Source: a bacterium (GTDB lineage Bacteria; Hinthialibacterota; Hinthialibacteria; Hinthialibacterales; Hinthialibacteraceae). From it: a DNA stretch of 64,000 nt. Location: the NCBI GenBank assembly GCA_963662285.2, contig CAXXMV010000002.1, positions 448,001 through 512,000 of the forward strand, written 5' to 3'. Shown here piece by piece: positions 1-9,437 of this stretch. A program made the position numbers and the translations under genes. Below the pieces are notes generated by a model. It saw only the letters and a list, made by a program, of their open reading frames with translations, ran no database searches and was not told the DNA's origin. The first letter of the stretch is position 1; the number at the start of each line of letters is the position of its first letter.

Positions 1-54
1 TATGCGCTGGAGCAGAGTATTGGAGCGAAATATTTTATCTATCGGCCTGAATGA
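1..54 (+). CDS. Probable 3' end of a CDS entering the window (…YALEQSIGAKYFIYRPE*)
   Basis: Frame 1 is open from base 1 to TGA at 52-54 and is followed by an AT-rich intergenic stretch. Confidence 0.35.
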   Translation, partial: YALEQSIGAKYFIYRPE

Positions 55-217
55 CATAATTATATTATTGTGAATCTTTTTGTATGTTCTGTGTTTCTAT
101 ACTTTTGGGGAAGACTCAGTTTATTATTCTGGTAGGATAATTATAGAGAAATAAGAGAGATTCAAGCAATAGATTTAATTAGAGCCGTGGTTCAAAATTC
201 AATAAGATGAAAATATT

Positions 218-1255
218 ATGAAAAATAACGATTCACAACTTCGCCGGGATCCTCATCATGGCGGTTGGGTGTTGCTTACCCAGCAGCCCGAACGGGAGCA
301 ATTGTTGTCCATTCCACAATCTGAATGGCCCAAAGCCTCGCCTAATGCCTTATGCGACTCAGAAGCCGGCAGCGTTCATGTGCTTTGGAGCGTTGACGCT
401 ACGTTACCGGATGGAGAAGAGCATCGGGTCAGAGTTATCGCCAACAAATACGCGATGTACCGGGTGGAAGGCCAGGAAGATAGAGAAGGACATGGGATGT
501 ATGATCTTATGCGGGGCATCGGCGCGCACGAGATAGTCGTCGAGAGTCCTGATCCGGAAGATACCATATTATCTCTAAGCCCGTATCAGTATGCGTTGTC
601 GTTGAGGGCGGTGCAGGAAAGAATACGCGACCTACGTAAAGATCAACGACTGCACTGTTTCTCTGTTTTCCGGCAATGGCGATGCGGCGAAACTGAATTA
701 AAAGTACATCCTCATTCGCAATTGATAGCCAGTTCTATTGTTCCCCTGGGATTGGCTAACGAATTGGATGCGGCGCGGTCTCATTTCGATTATAAGGATA
801 GATGCCTTTTTTGTGATATGATCCGGCAAGAGACTGACGATGAAGATCGCCTGGTGCTCGATTCTGACGATTATATTGCATATTGTCCATTTGCTTCGCG
901 ATATCCTTTTGAGGTGCATCTGTTTCCCAAGGCGCATACCGCCGAGTTCAGCGATGAGCCTGAAGAGCGCTTGCCTTCATTGGCGGCGGCCATTCATGAT
1001 ATTGCGGCGCGGCTTGATCAAGCCATTCCCGGTTGGGGATTATTGATGTCGTTGCATACCGCTCCGGTTCCCACTCGTCGCAGGCATTACCCTGCATCGC
1101 ACAGTTCGTTTTTCCATTGGCATATAGAATTCCAGCCGCAGCCTCCCGGATTTATTGATTGGTATTCGCGCATGGGAACACATGTGGAATGCACCGCACC
1201 GGAAGACGCCGCCGCATTCCTGCGCGACCTGAATGTCCCCTCTCCATGGGAATAG
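218..1255 (+). CDS. galT: Galactose-1-phosphate uridylyltransferase (GalT/HIT-like) family protein
   Basis: N-terminal SQLRRDP..GGWV, RVIANKY, GAHEIVVESP, catalytic HPHSQ, CLFCD, PFASRYPFE, HWHIE. Confidence 0.8.
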   Translation: MKNNDSQLRRDPHHGGWVLLTQQPEREQLLSIPQSEWPKASPNALCDSEAGSVHVLWSVDATLPDGEEHRVRVIANKYAMYRVEGQEDREGHGMYDLMRGIGAHEIVVESPDPEDTILSLSPYQYALSLRAVQERIRDLRKDQRLHCFSVFRQWRCGETELKVHPHSQLIASSIVPLGLANELDAARSHFDYKDRCLFCDMIRQETDDEDRLVLDSDDYIAYCPFASRYPFEVHLFPKAHTAEFSDEPEERLPSLAAAIHDIAARLDQAIPGWGLLMSLHTAPVPTRRRHYPASHSSFFHWHIEFQPQPPGFIDWYSRMGTHVECTAPEDAAAFLRDLNVPSPWE

Positions 1256-1261
1256 TGCAAT

Positions 1262-2263
1262 ATGCGAATACGACGAACCAGCCATGATCTTCTGCTTGTC
1301 TTAGGTCTAACCAGTTTCTTTTTTACGTTGCGCTGGATGCTGCCAGAATCTATCGATCAGCATTTCTGGGGGGCTGATGGATGGTTTATGGCCGGGCTGG
1401 TTGAGAATGTCGAGGCGTATCCATTTCCACTCTATTACCGCTCTTTGCTTGCGGTGTGGATTGATCGTCTGATCTATTTTCTTTTTTCTCCACTTGGAAT
1501 AAGCGGTTGGTTCGCTATCTCTATCAGCAGTTCCCTTGCCGGCGCCATTGCGGTTATGGCTCTGTGGCGTATTAATTCCGATGTTATATTCATTCTGATT
1601 AATGTGCTCTGCGGTTCTTTTATAGTGCTGGTCGGGCATGTGGAAAACTACGCCTGGGTCAATGCCTTTCTTATATTAAGTTTTCTGGGTGTGCAACGCT
1701 GGCTGGATAATCGGTGGAAGGTATGGCCTGCTTTCGTGTTTCTGGCTTTGGCTTGTTTGTCGCATATGTTGGCTATTTTTTATGCTCCGGCGTATATTTA
1801 TCTTTTATATAAAAATCGAAATTTTGATCCCAAAGAGGTGCTGTTGCCCATTATCGGATTTACTATGATCATTGTTATCCTTAGTTTGGGATTCGACCTG
1901 ATGGGGACGGATAACGGTTTGGAGCGGTTGGTTCCCTGGGGACGGATATGGGCTAAAAATCAATTCTTTACTTTTATGTCGGGCAAACATTTGGAAATGC
2001 TACTATACTTTCACCACCGGGCGGCATTTTTGGGCGTTCCGCTGGAGATACCCTTGTTGTTGATCCTGTGGAAAAGGATTGATACTGTATTTCTACGTTT
2101 TATGGGGATATGCGTGCTCTGTGGTTTGATTTGGACCACATTATGGCATCCCGATTGGGGTATGCGGGATTGGGACCTCTTCAGCCAGTTTGGCATCTCC
2201 CTACATCTTCTTCTGGGACTTTTGATACGGTCAAAATGGAGAAACTCAGCAACCAGCGCATAG
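1262..2263 (+). CDS. Polytopic membrane protein, possibly GT-C-like
   Basis: About 9 hydrophobic segments; GAD motif after the first TM; no firm family match. Confidence 0.6.
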   Translation: MRIRRTSHDLLLVLGLTSFFFTLRWMLPESIDQHFWGADGWFMAGLVENVEAYPFPLYYRSLLAVWIDRLIYFLFSPLGISGWFAISISSSLAGAIAVMALWRINSDVIFILINVLCGSFIVLVGHVENYAWVNAFLILSFLGVQRWLDNRWKVWPAFVFLALACLSHMLAIFYAPAYIYLLYKNRNFDPKEVLLPIIGFTMIIVILSLGFDLMGTDNGLERLVPWGRIWAKNQFFTFMSGKHLEMLLYFHHRAAFLGVPLEIPLLLILWKRIDTVFLRFMGICVLCGLIWTTLWHPDWGMRDWDLFSQFGISLHLLLGLLIRSKWRNSATSA

Positions 2264-3003
2264 TAATCACGCGAAGTCAGAATGACTTTTCGGCGGCGGC
2301 GGAAGCCGTGAGTCGTCGTGGGGGGATTGCTATATCCTGCCCTATGATTGAACTGCTTGATCCCCTGGATTGCTCAGCCCTGGATGACGCGATTAACTCT
2401 CTTAGGGATTTTGATTGGATATTTTTCACCAGCGCCCATAGCGTTGATTTCTTTGTTAAGCGGATGGCGACATTATCGTTTGATACGCAGCAATTGGAGA
2501 GTATGCAAACTGCGGCCATCGGGCCAGCAACAGCTGAAGCGTTATCCACTTATGGAGTGCATGCGGATTTCGTCGCCTGGAACTCAACTGGAATTAATTT
2601 TTTTTATGAATTCCAAGTTAAGCATGACGTAAGCGGGAAAAAGTTTCTATTGCCGTTATCGGATATTGCCAGGGATTCGCTGCCGAATTTATTACATGAA
2701 AATGGCGCCGTGGTTACGGCGGTGACGGCTTACCGCAATAAAGCGGTGGACGCATTTTCTGACGGGATGCTGGAATATTATAAGCGTGGTGAGATTGACT
2801 GGGTATTGTTTTTCAGTTCATCAGCTGCGTCTAATTTTGCAAGAATCATGCGCCGGTATCCTTCTGTCCCTGTAACCTTCAAAGTTGCTTCTATAGGACC
2901 ATCGACCAGCAAGACCTTACGTGACCATGGGTTTGAACCATCAGTCGAGGCTAAACCTTATTCGCTGGATGGCCTGCTGGATGCGATAAGCGCTTTAGTA
3001 TAA
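2236..3003 (+). CDS. hemD: Uroporphyrinogen-III synthase
   Basis: RIVITR, FDWIFFTSAHSV, AAIGPATAEAL, VTAYRN, FFSSSAA, SIGPSTSKTL; start placed at ATG 2236 (MEKL) rather than 2110. Confidence 0.9.
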   Translation: MEKLSNQRIVITRSQNDFSAAAEAVSRRGGIAISCPMIELLDPLDCSALDDAINSLRDFDWIFFTSAHSVDFFVKRMATLSFDTQQLESMQTAAIGPATAEALSTYGVHADFVAWNSTGINFFYEFQVKHDVSGKKFLLPLSDIARDSLPNLLHENGAVVTAVTAYRNKAVDAFSDGMLEYYKRGEIDWVLFFSSSAASNFARIMRRYPSVPVTFKVASIGPSTSKTLRDHGFEPSVEAKPYSLDGLLDAISALV

Positions 3004-4989
3004 TTGCCAGTTGGATACCGCAACCGGTTTTGGGCCTACTGTGTTGATTGTATGTTGCAGGAAGATCGGCGTGCGGGCGGTAATGAAGTCCCGCGCCATT
3101 TGGGCGGCGGCTTCCCAGTCTTCCGGGGTGCGTTTAGGATCGGAGCCTTTTCTCTCCCCCCATTTTTCCGATTCCCAGGGGATGGAGTCTTTGATCTCAT
3201 CAAGCCGGGCGTTGAGCCGGGCCAGCACATGCTCTTCGTTGAGAACTGTATCTAGATAATGGTTAACTCTTTGCCAGTAATAGGCTTGATAGTCTGGATT
3301 TTTTACTAGTTTTGAAAAAATCGGCCCGATAATGCTGTCACCTAATGCTCTATCGTAAACATCTACATCAACCGAGTAACCTCTTGATCCAGAACCAAAG
3401 GAATATTCCACATCCCAGGAGAAGAATTTCCATTTACCATCATCCGCATTTTCCCGTGCGCAAAGCCAGTTGTGGTGGGGCCAGTCATAGTTTTGCACCC
3501 AGACATTGAGCATGACGAATGTAGTGAAACTTTCCCGGTCGATTTTCTGGTCAAATTCCTCTAATCCAGCGGATGTTGAGAAATTGGTTCTTAGAATCCA
3601 TTGGGTAAACTCATTCCACAGGTTTGGATCGCCATCTTTAACGTCGCTGCCATCCGCCACAACAGTCCAGCCTTCGATACCGCTGTGTTGTTCCAGGAAA
3701 TCTTCTTCAATGCGTTCAGAGGGATTATATATACCCCAGTTCTCGCCATTGACGTATAGTTCTACGAATATTCCATCGCTGGCGGGTTGTTTCATATCCA
3801 AATGTAAATCGCGTACGACCTGATCGCTGACATAGATCGCCGTATAACGTTGCGATGCGTTGTCGTATCCCCAGGTATCGTTAAAACCTCCACGGATGAC
3901 GATCTGGTTGATCTTATCTACGCCCGCGTTGGGAAAGAGAGGGTATTCCAGGCGTTTGGCGCCATACTCAGAACGGAAATAGAGCCTGAATGATTTTTTG
4001 GGAGAACGGGTGCGAGATGCGCCTCCATGAATGCGGATTCCAGAATCTTCCTGAAATTTCCTTTCCCCATCCATTGTGAAGAATTCTACGGAGACTGGCC
4101 TTTCCCATGTTCTACCACTGTTGTTTGGATTTTGGTAAATTCCTGATGATCTACTATAAAGATCATCAGGTTCGGCTACCAGCGATAAGATTGGCAGAGT
4201 CATTTTCTCTCGGAAGATATAACTATGAGTCGCAATCGGGCTAGGCAGATAATCTTCGTGGAAAACCCGTGATCTAACTAATGTGGTTTGTGTAATTGAT
4301 AGCGGAGATTTGTATAGATTGCTTGATTGGATTGGTTCTGATCCATCCAGGGTGTAACGAATATCAGCGTCCGGGTCTTGAGTATTTAACTCAAGAGAGA
4401 CAGGTTGGGTGAATATTCCTCCAGTTATTGAAAAATCCGGGGCTTCGGCAAAGCCGATTATTCCTAAGGTATTATTGGCTTTATTTGGCGTAGGTTCGCT
4501 AAAGAACCGCCATTCCTCCGACCCATCCGGCTTCCGGCCAAAGGAGACGTCTTTTCTTTGTGCAGGATAATTAATTACGTCTAATTCCACGCTATCGGGA
4601 GAAAACAGCGCCAGCATTTCTCCATCGCGATCCAGGCGGAAATTTGTGTGATAGTTACCGTAATCGAGCAAATCATATCCTGTCGCCCAAACACGGAAAT
4701 ACCCTTTTGCCGGTAATTCCACTACGCCAAACATCCATTTGCCCGGCGCCAGAGGATCATCCGTCAGAGTATATCCTAATAGATTCTCGGCTTGATTGCC
4801 TGAATTGTATAATTCGATCCACTCTAAGGGAGTCCCAAACTCATCTTTTTGGTCTGTAGATGTCATGATTTCGTTGATGACGATATCAGTGTGACCAATA
4901 AATGTATGGGATAATATTAGAGCTAAGAACAATATTCTAAAAATATATAGCGGGGAAAGAAGACTTTCTTTTAGCAAGGTCAAATTCAT
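2995..4989 (-). CDS. Secreted CotH kinase-family protein with lamin-tail and FN3-associated domains; C-terminal WxLY motif
   Basis: Signal-like N-terminus; IVINEIM..EWIELYN (LTD); IRYTLDGSEP; GIRIHGGASR..PKKSFRL, DWPHHNW, WDVEYSFG (CotH); ends VAVSNWQLY. Confidence 0.85.
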   Translation of the reverse strand: MNLTLLKESLLSPLYIFRILFLALILSHTFIGHTDIVINEIMTSTDQKDEFGTPLEWIELYNSGNQAENLLGYTLTDDPLAPGKWMFGVVELPAKGYFRVWATGYDLLDYGNYHTNFRLDRDGEMLALFSPDSVELDVINYPAQRKDVSFGRKPDGSEEWRFFSEPTPNKANNTLGIIGFAEAPDFSITGGIFTQPVSLELNTQDPDADIRYTLDGSEPIQSSNLYKSPLSITQTTLVRSRVFHEDYLPSPIATHSYIFREKMTLPILSLVAEPDDLYSRSSGIYQNPNNSGRTWERPVSVEFFTMDGERKFQEDSGIRIHGGASRTRSPKKSFRLYFRSEYGAKRLEYPLFPNAGVDKINQIVIRGGFNDTWGYDNASQRYTAIYVSDQVVRDLHLDMKQPASDGIFVELYVNGENWGIYNPSERIEEDFLEQHSGIEGWTVVADGSDVKDGDPNLWNEFTQWILRTNFSTSAGLEEFDQKIDRESFTTFVMLNVWVQNYDWPHHNWLCARENADDGKWKFFSWDVEYSFGSGSRGYSVDVDVYDRALGDSIIGPIFSKLVKNPDYQAYYWQRVNHYLDTVLNEEHVLARLNARLDEIKDSIPWESEKWGERKGSDPKRTPEDWEAAAQMARDFITARTPIFLQHTINTVGPKPVAVSNWQLY

Positions 4990-5128
4990 TCTCCCAGTTT
5001 ACGTATTTGTATATTTGTATTGTATATTACAGGATTAGTTAAATGTATCATAGCGGGAGTAAATTGTCATGAGAGATAGTTTGAAAAGGTAGTGGTAAGG
5101 GTGGCTTGTAAAACGCGATAATAACCCC

Positions 5129-5172
5129 GCGTTAGTTCAAAGTTCCCTTTTTCAGGAGTTTTGAACTAACGC
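5129..5172. other. 18-bp inverted repeat (hairpin) downstream of the HEAT gene
   Basis: gcgttagttcaaagttcc … ggagttttgaactaacgc; no clean U-tract. Confidence 0.5.
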
Positions 5173-5213
5173 TTAAGCGCATATTATTCAGTTTGTTCTA
5201 ATAGATTTTGGGA

Positions 5214-7034
5214 CTATTTCTCTTCGATAGCAGCAATCGCTTTTTTGGCTGCATATTGTATATGCGCGTTATCGGTATAACGTTGGGCTGCTTTCATTAT
5301 GGCGGGGATGGCATTTGATAATCCTACATTTCCGATAGCTCGAATAACAGATTCCAATTCTATCTCATCATTGCTTTCCAATCTATCAAGTAATGATGGA
5401 AGTGTTGTTTCTCCAATATTGCCCAAAGCCAGTGCAGCATTTCTTCTGACCTCCCAGCTTATATTCTTGAGGCATTCGATCAGTGGAGCAATATGGCTTG
5501 CTTCTGATGAACGTCCGATCACGCGAACCGCCTCTGCTTTAAGTTGGGTGGTAACCGATGGGTCATCCAATACTTTTGCAGCTTCATTGATAACTCGCGG
5601 ATCAGCTGACGCTAGCTCATCGGCGGCGCGCAATGCTTCATACCGTAAATTCATGTTGCTATCGTCCGATACTGTTTGCAGCAGAGTGGGAAGAGCGTCT
5701 TGATTTTTACTGTGGGCTAATACCTGGATCGCTCGTAAGCGGACATTTTCGGAATCATCATCCAACTGTTCCATAATCACATTGATGTCTGGAGCGATTC
5801 GAAGTTCTCTGAATACCGCCAATGCGCCGCAACGCTGCCAGCAGGCGCAACCTATCCTGGCCAATGAGTCCAACGATGCCTTTTGTATGGCTGAATCTTC
5901 GTTGGCAGCAAGGCGCTTCAGCAGATGTACTGCTCGATGGTCTGCGAGTTCTCCTAAAGCTTTTATACTGCGGACGCGGATATTGATGGTTGCGCCATTT
6001 TCTGATTGTTTTAGCAAGTCATAAATAATCGGTAGTTTTAGGTTCTGGATTACATTTAGTATCTGGTTTGTAGCTTTATCGCGGTATTGAACTAAACCAT
6101 TAATAGCTGCCCGGCGCACGATAAAATAAGTGCTGCCAAGGTGTTCGATGAAATAAGGTATGGATGATTCATGCTTAATTTTCGTCAGCGCGAAGAGCGT
6201 GTTTTGCTTAATTGTTTTTCTGGAAGAGTAACGTATTTTTTCATGAAGATGAGGCAGCGCAGTTTCTCCGAATTGAGATACTGCTGCTATGGCTTGTTGT
6301 TGGATGTTTCGTGAGGAATCGCCAAATTCTTCTATCAGAGCTGGAATGGCCGATTCATCTCCAATCAAGCCTAAAGCTTCAATGGCATTTTTCTTGATAT
6401 CATTGTTTGAGCAACTCAACAGATTGACCAGTTCTGTAACCGAATCATTGTCTTTTAATTTGCCCAGAATATAAGCCATGGCTGCTTTGATCTGAGGGCC
6501 GCCGGTTTTTAAGAAATTCTGCAAAGTTGGTTTAATGGTGGAACCTAATCCCATAAAGGTATCAATCAAAATTTTCCGTAATTCCTGGTTATGAGTTGTT
6601 AAAAGGCAGACCATTTGCCGTGCGGTTTCGACGGACTGATTTTGCAAAACAAAATTAGATTGATTGCGGAGTAGTTTCAGCGCCTCATTGCGAACAATCC
6701 ATTCTTCATCATTGGTCAACTCGGCGATTTCCGGTGAAAAGCATAATTCGCCTATTTGTCCAAGAGCTTTTAACGTCGCCCACCGGATATGCGCATTAGG
6801 GTGATTCAAATACCTGGGTAATAGCATTTGATCGAAGGCTTTTTCTTCACCCACATTGCCAAGTGCAATAATCACGGCTTGGAGCACATCATCATCTTGA
6901 TCTTTGAGAGCATTAACCAGCGTCTCTCTTGCTTTGGGTTCATTGCATCTACCTAGAGCAAAGGCTGATTCTCTACGTTCGTTCCAAAATGGCGATGATT
7001 TTAATGTCATGATCGCTAGGTCAGGATTTTTCAT
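5214..7034 (-). CDS. HEAT-repeat (PBS lyase-like) protein
   Basis: Many repeats of the type R..A..ALG.IG...AIP.LI..L.D; internal CACWQRC. Confidence 0.9.
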   Translation of the reverse strand: MKNPDLAIMTLKSSPFWNERRESAFALGRCNEPKARETLVNALKDQDDDVLQAVIIALGNVGEEKAFDQMLLPRYLNHPNAHIRWATLKALGQIGELCFSPEIAELTNDEEWIVRNEALKLLRNQSNFVLQNQSVETARQMVCLLTTHNQELRKILIDTFMGLGSTIKPTLQNFLKTGGPQIKAAMAYILGKLKDNDSVTELVNLLSCSNNDIKKNAIEALGLIGDESAIPALIEEFGDSSRNIQQQAIAAVSQFGETALPHLHEKIRYSSRKTIKQNTLFALTKIKHESSIPYFIEHLGSTYFIVRRAAINGLVQYRDKATNQILNVIQNLKLPIIYDLLKQSENGATINIRVRSIKALGELADHRAVHLLKRLAANEDSAIQKASLDSLARIGCACWQRCGALAVFRELRIAPDINVIMEQLDDDSENVRLRAIQVLAHSKNQDALPTLLQTVSDDSNMNLRYEALRAADELASADPRVINEAAKVLDDPSVTTQLKAEAVRVIGRSSEASHIAPLIECLKNISWEVRRNAALALGNIGETTLPSLLDRLESNDEIELESVIRAIGNVGLSNAIPAIMKAAQRYTDNAHIQYAAKKAIAAIEEK

Positions 7035-7072
7035 GATGTTTCCTCCAGAATGGGCTTCTAATCATAAATATT

Positions 7073-7570
7073 TTAAGACCGCTCAATAATTCCGCAGCAC
7101 CTGTTGTCCCGGTTAACGCTTGATACATCGTAGGTGCAGGGGATATCAGATAAAATTTTCACGGCGGCGGCGAAACAGCCGATTCGGGCGCAGCTTAAAT
7201 CGCGGTGCGAAAAACCTTCATCTATTGAATATTTGCAACTCTCTTTATAAGGACAGACCAGGATGGTTATTTCTACTTTATTGGGATTAATTTCCTTGAG
7301 CTGAAAGGAACTGGGATCTTGAAATAAACCTCCTTGTACGCCTAAATTAATATAGTGCTCTATAGCTTCTACAATACTATGAGTCTTTTTTACTTCCATT
7401 CCATATTCATCCTGCAGAATCCTAAGCCATGCGCTGGTTGCGTGTTCGTAGGCGCGGGAACAGAATGGTTTGGGATATGTCCCATGAAAATCGCGCGCGG
7501 TTTCTTCCATTGCGTTCAACCATACTCGAGCTAAAAGCCAACCGCTTGATTCTTTGTTTAGGGTTTTCAC
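7073..7570 (-). CDS. Cys-rich hypothetical protein, V4R/small-ligand-binding-like
   Basis: CPYKESC…SCARIGC…RCCG pattern; RBS (aggag) upstream of ATG. Confidence 0.6.
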   Translation of the reverse strand: MKTLNKESSGWLLARVWLNAMEETARDFHGTYPKPFCSRAYEHATSAWLRILQDEYGMEVKKTHSIVEAIEHYINLGVQGGLFQDPSSFQLKEINPNKVEITILVCPYKESCKYSIDEGFSHRDLSCARIGCFAAAVKILSDIPCTYDVSSVNRDNRCCGIIERS

Positions 7571-7729
7571 TATTATTGCTCCTTATTTAACTAGTTGATT
7601 ATCAGTGTCGGCTGCTTAAGGCAATCTTTCTATTCAACGGCTTATTGATTTATGGCTTATCTTTATAATACTACAAAGAGCGCTTTCTGACGCATGAATA
7701 AATCCTATCTCATAAATCTATGTTTTTCT

Positions 7730-7757
7730 ATAGTAATTCTTTAGAACGCCAAGTCAA
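7730..7757 (-). promoter_or_regulatory. Possible sigma70 promoter for the 7570/7034 gene pair
   Basis: TTGACT-16-TACTAT on the minus strand. Confidence 0.4.
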
Positions 7758-7884
7758 TTTATTATTAGTATGATATTCCTGTTTTGTATGCCTGATTACC
7801 CTATAATAATATGCATATATTACTGCGAATGACCTGTTGTATATATATTATATCATGGGAATCATGAATAATTATTTGTTTTAT

Positions 7885-7954
7885 AAAAAAAGCGGTTCTC
7901 ATAAGAATCGCTCTATATACAAAACGGCTAGTCTTGAATAACAAGCCTAGCCGT
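7885..7954 (-). terminator. Two tandem hairpins after ackA; the distal one has a U-tract
   Basis: acggctag…ctagccgt (7924-7954), then agcgattct-tatg-agaaccgct followed by a T run on the minus strand. Confidence 0.65.
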
Positions 7955-7994
7955 AAGAATTATGTGTTGAATGTAGGTTTAATTGATGTGATGC

Positions 7995-9380
7995 TTATTC
8001 TTTCATAAGGCCGAGGTGTTTCAATTCTCCGCTAATATCGTCAACCGCCAGTTTTTTGCCGGTTTCCTGGTTGAATAAGGCCACTAATTCGTAGTGATTG
8101 ATATTGGGATTGTTGGCCCAAAGAAGAACCAGTTTACGCTTCTCGTCGTCCGTCAGTAATGCTTCATCCGATTCTATTGATTCAGATTGGTTCTTCATTG
8201 AATCATAAAGCGCGGAGGTGTCTCGTGCGATGGCCAGTTCTTCATTGGTTGGGACTATGAGAACTTTAACATGACCGGAGGAAATCAGTTGTGCATTCTC
8301 TTTGTTCTTTTTTTCGTCCAACACGATTCCCATGTGGTCTAAATTATCCAAGACCAATTTGCGGATGGTTCTTGAGTTTTCTCCGATTCCACCAGTGAAG
8401 ACCACGGAATCCAGTCCGCCAAGCGCAGCGGCATATGCGCCAACGTATTTTCGGATGCGGTAAGCTGTCATTTCCAGCGCCAGTTGATGCCGTTCGCTGC
8501 CTTCTTCGGCTTCCTGTTCTATTTCGCGCATGTCGTTAGATGTTTCGGTCAGTCCTAAAAGACCGCTTGTTTTGTTCATTAAGGTGTCGATTTGTTTACA
8601 ATTCAGGTTCTCGACTTCCATCAAATAAGGGATAATGGCGGGATCGATATCACCGCATCGCGTCCCCATGATTAAACCTTCCAATGGAGTGAATCCCATG
8701 GAAGTGTCAACGGAGTAGCCGTTTTTAACAGCAGTGATACTGGAACCATTACCCAGGTGGCAAGTGATCATCCGCATGTCTTTTAATGGCTTACCCAAAA
8801 TATCCGCTGCTTTCTGGGCTACGAAGCGGTGTGATGTTCCATGAAAACCATATTTTCGAATGCCGTGTTTTTCATAAAGGGCGTATGGCAATCCATAGAG
8901 GAAGGCTTTGGCGGGCATTTTCTGGTGAAACGCCGTATCAAATACGGCAACCTGGAACATCGAAGGCAAGGGGGCTTTGACTGCTTCGATACCTTTAAGG
9001 TTATGAGGATTGTGAAGAGGAGCGAATTGGCAGCAATACTTGATCTCATCCATGACCTTGTCGGTAATTACGACCGATTCCGAAAAACTCTGGCCGCCAT
9101 GAACCACGCGATGGCCTACTGCGTTGATCTCGTTCAAAGAAGATATTACGCCCTGTTCAGGATGGCAGAGGATTGATAGCACGAGACCAACAGCTTCGCT
9201 GTGATCCACGACTTCCCGAACTTCGCGGAAATCGCGATTACCCTCTGCTCGAAAAGAGAGAACGCCTGACGATGAACCTATCTTCTCAACCTGACCGCGT
9301 AATAGAGCCGTTTCGGTTTCGGTCTCAATCAACTGGAATTTTACGGATGAACTTCCGCAATTTAATACAAGGACTTTCAT
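7995..9380 (-). CDS. ackA: Acetate kinase with a C-terminal extension of about 65 aa
   Basis: VLNCGSSSVK, GHRVVHGG, APLHNP, YGFHGTSH, CHLGNGSS, FTGGIGENS, PTNEE. Confidence 0.97.
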   Translation of the reverse strand: MKVLVLNCGSSSVKFQLIETETETALLRGQVEKIGSSSGVLSFRAEGNRDFREVREVVDHSEAVGLVLSILCHPEQGVISSLNEINAVGHRVVHGGQSFSESVVITDKVMDEIKYCCQFAPLHNPHNLKGIEAVKAPLPSMFQVAVFDTAFHQKMPAKAFLYGLPYALYEKHGIRKYGFHGTSHRFVAQKAADILGKPLKDMRMITCHLGNGSSITAVKNGYSVDTSMGFTPLEGLIMGTRCGDIDPAIIPYLMEVENLNCKQIDTLMNKTSGLLGLTETSNDMREIEQEAEEGSERHQLALEMTAYRIRKYVGAYAAALGGLDSVVFTGGIGENSRTIRKLVLDNLDHMGIVLDEKKNKENAQLISSGHVKVLIVPTNEELAIARDTSALYDSMKNQSESIESDEALLTDDEKRKLVLLWANNPNINHYELVALFNQETGKKLAVDDISGELKHLGLMKE

Positions 9381-9437
9381 ATCTGCCTTTCCCTTTCAAA
9401 GGTGTTTTGCATGCGCAATATTGTTTTATGTAATGAA

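Noticed and set aside
2110-2235. N-terminal extension of HemD
   Set aside because: Overlaps the upstream membrane gene; HemD homology starts at MEKL (2236)
2998-3024. Reading the WxLY tail as a BAM beta-signal
   Set aside because: The terminal aromatic residue fits, but none of the three proteins looks like an outer-membrane beta-barrel; kept only as an alternative explanation
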